A stretch of DNA of 33,618 bases, taken from NCBI GenBank assembly GCA_001275005.1, contig JWZX01003279.1:1-33618 (forward strand), read 5' to 3'. Source of the stretch: Chrysochromulina tobinii (taxonomy: Eukaryota). Both the position numbers and the translations under genes were made by a program. The notes below the pieces were generated by a model. The model was not told the DNA's origin. It made no database searches and saw only the letters and a list, made by a program, of their open reading frames with translations. Below are positions 20,701 to 27,455 of the stretch, piece after piece (position 1 is the first letter of the stretch; each line of letters opens with the position of its first letter).

Positions 20701-21684
20701 GGAGCTCGGCGCACCCGCCGCCGCGTCGCCCGCACCCCCGGAGCTCGGCGCACCCGCCGCCGCCGTGGCGGCCGCGAGCGCATCGGGCAGAGGCTCCTCC
20801 GGCTGGCTGGTCTCGTCCTCCCGAAGCGCCATCACGCACGCCGCGAGCGCCCACGCCGAGAGCTCTGACAGAGTCACGAGCCCGTCGCCATCGGCATCGA
20901 TCGCTCCGAGGCCGTCAGCCGGGCGCTCCACGCCCCATTTCTGCAGCTTGCCCGAGTCGGCGAGCAGAGCATCGAACTCGTCCGAAGTGATCGGAACGGC
21001 CGTGGAGGCGAGGTCGAGACGGCCGAGTGCCGAGCGCAGCTCGCAGTGTCGGCGCACGTACACGCTCAGTCTCCAGAAGGCTGCGCGAGACACGCCTTTC
21101 TCTGCCGCCGCCGGTGGCGCACCTTCCGCGCCTTCCTCTGCCGCCGCCGGTGGCGCACCTTCCGCGATTGCCTCTGCCGCCGCCGGTGGCGCACCTTCCG
21201 CGATTGCCTCACCCTCGGCCGGCACCGCATCTGCTGCCGGCGGCTCGGTCGGCGCCGCGGCTCCGCCCACGTCGGCCACGAGCTGAAAGCCCGCCTCCAC
21301 GATGGGCGCCAGGTCGGCGAGCCACTCGGGCTCGGCCACGTCGAGCACTGTCCGCAGCCCAATCTGCGCCTCCTCGAGCGTCAGCACGCCGTCAGCGTTG
21401 GTATCGCATGCCGCAAAGATGGCGTCGCGCGGCGCCTGGCCGGCCGGGCCCATGGGAAGCTTGGCCGCATGCATGAGCCACTGATCCACCGGCTCCTTAG
21501 CGGGCGCAACCTCTGCCGCCGCGCCCATCGGCTCCTTAGCGGGCGCGACCTCTGCCTCCGCGCCTCCTTCGGGCGCTGCTTGGGCATCGACCTTAGGCTC
21601 CGCGCCATCCTCAGGCGCAGGCACGGCCTCGGGAGCTACCTCCGCCTCCGCGGGCTGTGTGTCGGATGGTGGGGCGTCCGCCAT
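17799..21684 (-). CDS. Large EF-hand protein: calflagin/FCaBP-like N-terminal domain, second EF-hand pair, C-terminal hydrophobic helices; apparent frame change near 18190-18215
   Basis: EF loops DTNADGVLTLEE, DADGDGLVTLSE, DVDGDGTVRKPE and DRDGGGAIEYKE. Hydrophobic segments at ~18220-18880. ATG at 21684. The C-terminus looks more protein-like in the second frame (stop 17799) than in the long ORF frame (stop 17860). Confidence 0.78.
20584..20659 (-). repeat. Coding tandem repeat, 18-bp unit (MQ[T/I]SEE x4)
   Basis: ctgcatctcctccga(cg/ga)t repeated; seen directly. Confidence 0.85.
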
Positions 21685-21960
21685 GGGCAGTTGCTTAACA
21701 GTTCCGCGCCCCTCCTTTCTCACGGCCGCATTGAGTCATTGTGAATGGGAGCTCACGCTCGGGCCGACTCCCCTGTGGGGAAAATATTGAGGAGTGTGTT
21801 GCACCACACTCTCTCTCTCACGCGTCTCGTTTCGTCGCGAAAAACCGTTCGTTCACGCAAATTGTTTTAGCGCGGGGCCCACCCATCAGAATGTTTCCGG
21901 TAAGGGTCCTCCAACACCCACAGAGGTGGACGAGGCACGAGGAAGTAGAGGATGGGAAGG

Positions 21961-22028
21961 CCGAGCAGCAAAGTGCAGGTCACGCAATGAGCTCCGAGCA
22001 GCAAAGTGCAGGTCACGCAATGAGCTCC
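21961..22028. repeat. Perfect 33-bp tandem duplication spanning the F-box gene stop codon
   Basis: ccgagcagcaaagtgcaggtcacgcaatgagct at 21961-21993 and 21994-22026. Confidence 0.95.
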
Positions 22029-23607
22029 ACACTCACGAGGTCATCGAGCATCCGGTTGCGATCGTCAAGGCCGCCGAAGAGCAGGAGCCGCCCGCGATGC
22101 AGCGCAGCGCAGTGACCGGTCCGCACGAGCACCTGCTTCTTCGCCTCCGCTGAGCCTCCCGCCCCTCCGTCCGCGGCGCCCACCGCGGCGCCCTGCGGCG
22201 TCTCCAGCACCGCCTCGATACCATCGGCCCAGTCCGCAGTGGGAGCCAGTGCAGGAGACCTTGCCGTGACGAAATCCGAGGGCGATCCAGTGACGAAATC
22301 CTGGGCTCGTGCGTCGGAATCTTGTGGGCCGTCGCACACGCTCACCACGTGCCAGCGTCGCGTGGTGAGGCTGAATGCATGCAGCTGGGGATCGAAGATG
22401 TTCGACGTGTACTCCCTCCCGCCAAGAACGAGGAGCCTGATTAGGGATGCAATCAGACGTTATCAAGAGGTCATCAGAAGTCATCAGAGGTCATCAGAAG
22501 AAGCCCTCGAAGCAAAGAGACGCACCTCGACCCGACTGCGCAGAGCGTGTGGCCGACCCGAGCGGAGGGGCGCACGCCTCGTGCGCGCACCTTGCGCCAC
22601 GAGGCACTGGCGACGCGAAACTCCCACAGGTCGTCGAACGAGGCCTTGGTCGTGTTACCACCGAAGAGGAACATCGCCGAGCCCCCAAACGCGGAGCACG
22701 CCGAGTGACCAGAGCGCGCCTCGGGACCGTGCCCATCGGCGCAGAGCTGCCTGCGCCACGTGAGGCTCTCAAGGTCGAACCAGTGTAGATCGCCGAAGCA
22801 CTTGCCGGGGGCCGAGCCGCCGAAGACGAGGACACTCGAGCCGATGGCGACGGCCGTATGCGCCCAGCGCGGTGAGGGCCGTACGGGATTGTCGAGGGAG
22901 GCTTGGGCGAGCGGAGGCACCTCGTCGCTCTCCCTCACGCACGCCCACGAGCAATCGAGAGCATCAAACGTCCACGCGTCGTTGAGGAAGGTGACGTCGC
23001 CCCGGCGGCCGGCGAACATGAAGATCTGCGAGCCGACCGCAGTGAGCGTCGCCGACTGCCGCTGCGGGGGGGACGGCGTCCGTGGGTGCACGCGTGTCCA
23101 CGCCGACGCCGACGCTGGCGCCGTCGTGGGCGCTTGTGAACCAGGCCGCGTCAGTGCACTGTGCTGCAGATCGAGGACCCACAGATCATTGAACTCGCGG
23201 TCGTCGCCGTTTGTGCCGCCAAAAATGTAGAGCCGCTGGTCGAGGCAGGTGGCGCGGTGCAAGAAGCGCGCCGGGGGGCAACTGCCCGTCAGCAGCAGCC
23301 TGTTGGGCATGAAGCTCGTGCACGACGAAAGCGCTTGCCAGCGCAAGAACCGACCTTTCCACGTGCCTCGCAAGCGCGACGCGCTTGGCATCAGGCTCGC
23401 GTCGCCAAGCTGCGCAAAAAGTAGCGCTCGCCACAGGCCATCCTCCGTTGCAATTCGATGCAAACGCTGGTTGGTCTGAAGAAGACACCAGAGCGTGCGC
23501 GCATCTTGGTAAGCGAAAATGTGGTAGATGAGGTCATCATTCAGGTCGCTGAGCCCAGCGCCGATTCCGAGTCGGCGCTTCCTGCCCGAGAGGCGCGTGG
23601 CCACCAT
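22013..23607 (-). CDS. F-box/Kelch-repeat protein; exons 23607-22526 and 22436-22013
   Basis: F-box LSDLNDDLIYHIFAYQDARTLWCLLQTNQRLHRIATEDGLWR and Kelch repeats (RLYIFGG, IFMFAG, VLVFGG, MFLFGG). Removing intron 22437-22525 restores AVGSRLLVLGGREY...RTGHCAALHRGRLLLFGG. Confidence 0.9.
22437..22525 (-). other. Repeat-filled GT-AG intron (89 nt), putative introner-like family
   Basis: GTGCGT donor, (C/T)TCTGATGAC tandem units, 3' end TGATTGC-ATCCCTA-ATCAG. Splicing restores a Kelch repeat. Confidence 0.85.
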
Positions 23608-24055
23608 GGTCGCCCTTTATGGGCTGGCTCCGCCGCGCATGGTCATCCGTGTGAACAAGGTCATCAGAACAGGGGACCACGTGTGTGAAATGCCCATAGG
23701 GCCGTCTCACACGCCCAGAAACGTGGCTTCGAATCAATTGCGAAGCCTTTCCCGCTCACTCCAATCGGAATCTATGAAAACGGCGAAACTGTGCCGCCGC
23801 GACTCCGGCACGCGCGCGTGCGCGCTGCCGCGGCGGCAGAGGGGCAGACGCTGCTCACAGTGGCCCCATCGGTACTATTGGGTTACGTTAGGGGGGAGGG
23901 TCTCTCCTTCCCCCGCCCGCCGCCGATTAACGGCCTGTGTAATAGCAGGCTGTGTCGGCCACGCCTCCGTCCATTGCGATAGCGGCCCCCGTGCTTGGGG
24001 GTCCGGATGTGTGTTTCACAGGAGCAGCAGCAGCGCGACTCCAGCGTCGTCGAGA

Positions 24056-25603
24056 ATGAATCCGCACGTGCCGATCGGCGAGCCGCTGCAGCACGGTGCT
24101 CAGGCAATTGCCCAGCCCGTCTACGGGGGTGCACCGCAGATCGCTCAGCCCATCTACGGGGGTGCACCACCGATCGCTCAGCCCGTCTACGGGGGTGCAC
24201 CACCGATCGCTCAGCCCGTCTACACCCAGCCGGTCGCTCAGCCGCAGTTTGCACAGCCTCTTTACGCCCAGCCTCCTCAGTACGCCCAGCCACAATACGC
24301 CCAGCCTCCTCAGTACGCCCAGCCTCAGTACGCCCAGCCTCAATACGCCCAGCCTCCTCAGTACGCCCAGCCGCAAGCGCCACAAATGAACGCCAACGTC
24401 CACGTCGCCACGCCGCAGCCACAGAGAACTATGGATGAGGAGGCGCGCCACGCTGCGGATTGGAAGCGTTGCAAGGAGGAGGAGGAGGAGGTTGCAACCA
24501 CCAAGGCCGCATCGATGAAGAAGCCGCCACCACAGCCAGCTGAAACTCCGCCGCCGCCGGTGATGTCGGCGGAGTCCCGCACGGCCCAGGCCATGGCGTG
24601 CCTCTGGCCCGCCATAGAGCCTTACAACTCCGACTACCTCGAGGTCACCACGGCTAGCGGCACTGTGCACCGCATCTACTACGAGGAGTGCGGCACTCCA
24701 TCAGGCAAGCCCGTGCTATTCGTGCACGGAGGGCCCGGAGCTGGATGCAACGCAAAGCAGCGGCGGTTCCACGACCCTACGCGGCACCGTATCATCCTCT
24801 TTGACCAGCGAGGGTGCGGTCGCTCCACGCCGGACGGCTGCCTCGACGAGAACACCACGTTCGACCTGGTGGCCGACATGGAACGACTGCGCGAGAAGCT
24901 CAGCGTGTCGGCCTGGCAGCTCTTCGGAGGCTCCTGGGGGAGTACCCTCTCGCTCGCGTACGCCGTCTCTCACCCGGCGCGCGTGACGGAGCTCATCCTA
25001 CGAGGCATCTTTTTGGTCAAGCAGAGCGAGCTCGACTTTATCTATCAGAGCGCGACTCCGCAGCTCCATCCGGAGGCGCACGCGGCCATGGCCAATTTCG
25101 TCTCGCCCGAGGAGCGGCACGACCTCGTCTCGGCGTACCGCAAGCGCGTGATGAGCAAGGATCCGGAGCTGGCGCGTGCTGCCGCCAGGCGGTGGGCCGA
25201 ATACGAAGACGCGATCGCGTACCTCTATCCGCAGCCGGTCGAGGCCTGGGAGGGCACGGGCGGTGAACAGCGCGTCCACCTGCACTACATGTGGGCGCGC
25301 GGCTTCTTTGAGTACGACGGATGGCTGCTCGACCAGCTGGGCACCCTCGCACGCGTACCGATCACCATCGTCCACGGCCGCTACGACGTCGTCTGCCCCA
25401 TAGCGTCCGCATACGAGCTCGCTGCGCGTGTGCCGCATGCGACTCTACAAGTGATCCCCGACTCGGGTCATTCGGCGTGGGAGCCAGGGACCACCCGCGC
25501 CCTCGTGGCTGCGGCCGCGGCGGCCCTCGCCGCAGCCTCGTCGACCGCTTCCGCCTCGCCCGACTACGATGGCCAGGAGCCTCTTGCGCAACCTTTGAAT
25601 TGA
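24056..25603 (+). CDS. pip: Proline iminopeptidase (peptidase S33, alpha/beta hydrolase) with Q/P/Y-rich N-terminal repeats
   Basis: HRIYYEECGTPSGKPVLFVHGGPGAG, FDQRGCGRS, nucleophile GGSWGS, ILRGIF, HGRYDVVCP (Asp), SGHSAWEPG (His). ATG at 24056. Confidence 0.92.
   Translation: MNPHVPIGEPLQHGAQAIAQPVYGGAPQIAQPIYGGAPPIAQPVYGGAPPIAQPVYTQPVAQPQFAQPLYAQPPQYAQPQYAQPPQYAQPQYAQPQYAQPPQYAQPQAPQMNANVHVATPQPQRTMDEEARHAADWKRCKEEEEEVATTKAASMKKPPPQPAETPPPPVMSAESRTAQAMACLWPAIEPYNSDYLEVTTASGTVHRIYYEECGTPSGKPVLFVHGGPGAGCNAKQRRFHDPTRHRIILFDQRGCGRSTPDGCLDENTTFDLVADMERLREKLSVSAWQLFGGSWGSTLSLAYAVSHPARVTELILRGIFLVKQSELDFIYQSATPQLHPEAHAAMANFVSPEERHDLVSAYRKRVMSKDPELARAAARRWAEYEDAIAYLYPQPVEAWEGTGGEQRVHLHYMWARGFFEYDGWLLDQLGTLARVPITIVHGRYDVVCPIASAYELAARVPHATLQVIPDSGHSAWEPGTTRALVAAAAAALAAASSTASASPDYDGQEPLAQPLN
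24109..24375 (+). repeat. Coding repeats AQPVYGGAPPI (33 bp, x3) and QYAQP(P) (15/18 bp)
   Basis: Seen directly in the sequence and translation. Confidence 0.9.
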
Positions 25604-25707
25604 GAGGCTCGCTTTGGCGGGAGCCCACAGTTTGAATTGAGAGGCTCGCAGGCTTTGGCGGGATCCCATTTGAATTGAGAGGCTCGCAGGCTTTGGCGGG
25701 AGCCCAC
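25594..25707. repeat. Three ~37-39-bp tandem copies starting at the PIP stop codon
   Basis: tttgaattgagaggctcgc(aggc)tttggcggga(g/t)ccca at 25594, 25631 and 25669. Confidence 0.92.
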
Positions 25708-25983
25708 CGCCCAGAGTAGCGTGAAAGAGAGGTACTGAGACCAGACTGAGAAGTGTCACGGACACCCTCGCTCAGCCGAGCCGGGTAGAGGGTGGTAGGA
25801 AGTCCGCACGCTCGGGCCCCTAGAGCTCAACGCATGGGGCCGACCGTAGTGTGAAGCGACGGGAAGCAAACCGGGGGCACCGCGGTAACCGGGCGGTATG
25901 AATTCCTTTTCACGAAGTAATGATAAACACGTGTGCGTTTCGTTGCCGATTGATTCGTCGACGTATGCGTTACGTTTCTTCGT

Positions 25984-27048
25984 TCACGGCCTCCCATTCG
26001 CAAAGTAGCTGAACCGATCCATACTCTCGAGAATCTCTTGCGCATCCCTTGCGACCTCGCAGAGCTGCTCGCACAGCCGACGCGCGTACTCGTGCTCGCT
26101 CGGATCGCGGCACGGGAGTACGGAGGAATCGAGAGCGACCATGGCCTCGCCTGCCTTGGCAACCCGCAACGCCCTCTCAAGGTGCTCAAGGGCAGCAGCG
26201 TCGTCTTGGTCCGTGCCGTCGCCATCGAGTGCCATCAGCCCCAAATGCAGGAGCGCCCGTGCTTGGATCGAATGGCCTTCGACTCCGAGGGACTTGAGAG
26301 CCGGATTGACCACGACGGCGCGCAGGAGTGCCTCAGCGGAGCCACCGGTTTGGGCAGCAGGTAGCTCCGCTGGCGAGGCAGGTGGGAAGGGCTTGGCTGC
26401 GAGTGGCCTTGCCTCGGCACTGTAGGTGCCCGTGCGCTGTCGGTACTCCCGGACGCTCAGGTCCAGCTGCGCTCGGGGAGAGCCTGCGACCGCCGCGCGC
26501 CTCCACGCACGCATCGCCGCCTCTTGGCGGCCGAGGGCGCCACAAGCCCACGCGAGACATTCGAGCGCGAGCGGCGCACAGGGCGGCGCCTGGCCTGCTG
26601 CCATGAGCTCCAGGAGCTCCAACACGCCCTCCTTGGGCGATTCCTGCTTCTGACAGAGGCCATGCGAGCATAGGCCGGAACCGGTCACACGGCAGACGGC
26701 CGGTGCCCGCAACGACGCGAAGAACGGGCGTGGGTGCCAATCGCATGCAGCCACTGTGACTGGCCAAATGGCACCCAGCACGAAATCCTCGGTCAGCCAG
26801 AGGGGCGCCGCCTTGATGAGTGCTTGAGCCCGCAACTTGACCGCCTCTCGCAGCGCCCTTGGAAGCGATGGCAACAGGCAGCTCCATACAGCGGCAAGGT
26901 CGGACAGCGTGTGGATGTGTGAGACAATCAGGAAGCACGTGTCGCCGGACAAGATGTGGAGCAGCGTCGGTGGCGTGGCCGTATCGAATGTCTTCGCAGC
27001 ATCCTCATGCGACGTCACAAAGCATGAAAATTCCAGGACCGATGGCAT
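25984..27048 (-). CDS. Hypothetical protein with Sel1-like repeats
   Basis: AWRRAAVAGSPRAQLDL and ALLHLGLMALDGDGTDQDDAAALEHLERA match the Sel1 repeat pattern; 354-aa ATG-initiated ORF. Confidence 0.7.
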   Translation of the reverse strand: MPSVLEFSCFVTSHEDAAKTFDTATPPTLLHILSGDTCFLIVSHIHTLSDLAAVWSCLLPSLPRALREAVKLRAQALIKAAPLWLTEDFVLGAIWPVTVAACDWHPRPFFASLRAPAVCRVTGSGLCSHGLCQKQESPKEGVLELLELMAAGQAPPCAPLALECLAWACGALGRQEAAMRAWRRAAVAGSPRAQLDLSVREYRQRTGTYSAEARPLAAKPFPPASPAELPAAQTGGSAEALLRAVVVNPALKSLGVEGHSIQARALLHLGLMALDGDGTDQDDAAALEHLERALRVAKAGEAMVALDSSVLPCRDPSEHEYARRLCEQLCEVARDAQEILESMDRFSYFANGRP

Positions 27049-27455
27049 CTTATGACCTCACATTTCGCCTACCACATTGGTACCGTTTCAGCCTCTGTGT
27101 TAAAGTGCGTGTGTGAATGTGAATGTGTCCCCCGGCCTTGGCAGTCATGGTTCGTAGGGCGAAATTTCGCCTAATGACAAATGAGGCCAGGTTGCGACTG
27201 CGGCAGCTCTAGAGGAGGTACAGGAGGACGCTGAGTGTGACACTGAGTAAAGAGGTTTATTCATTTCTTTTTAAGTGCAAAAGAAAGCTGAAAGGGAAGC
27301 GCCAAAGTATGACTATGCGATGTTCCGTTTCAGGGCCCGGGTGCTTCTCGGGAGCCTGGTGGGGAAGAGGGTGTCAAGCACAGCAAGACGCTACTATGGC
27401 AGCTGCCGCTGCTGCCGCCGCCGCTCCCACTGCCTCCAGCGCCACCGGCACCGCC

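Noticed and set aside
23528..24055. N-terminal extension of the 691-aa PIP ORF
   Set aside because: Non-ATG-like upstream read-through across the divergent F-box/PIP intergenic region with no protein-like composition; ATG 24056 preferred.
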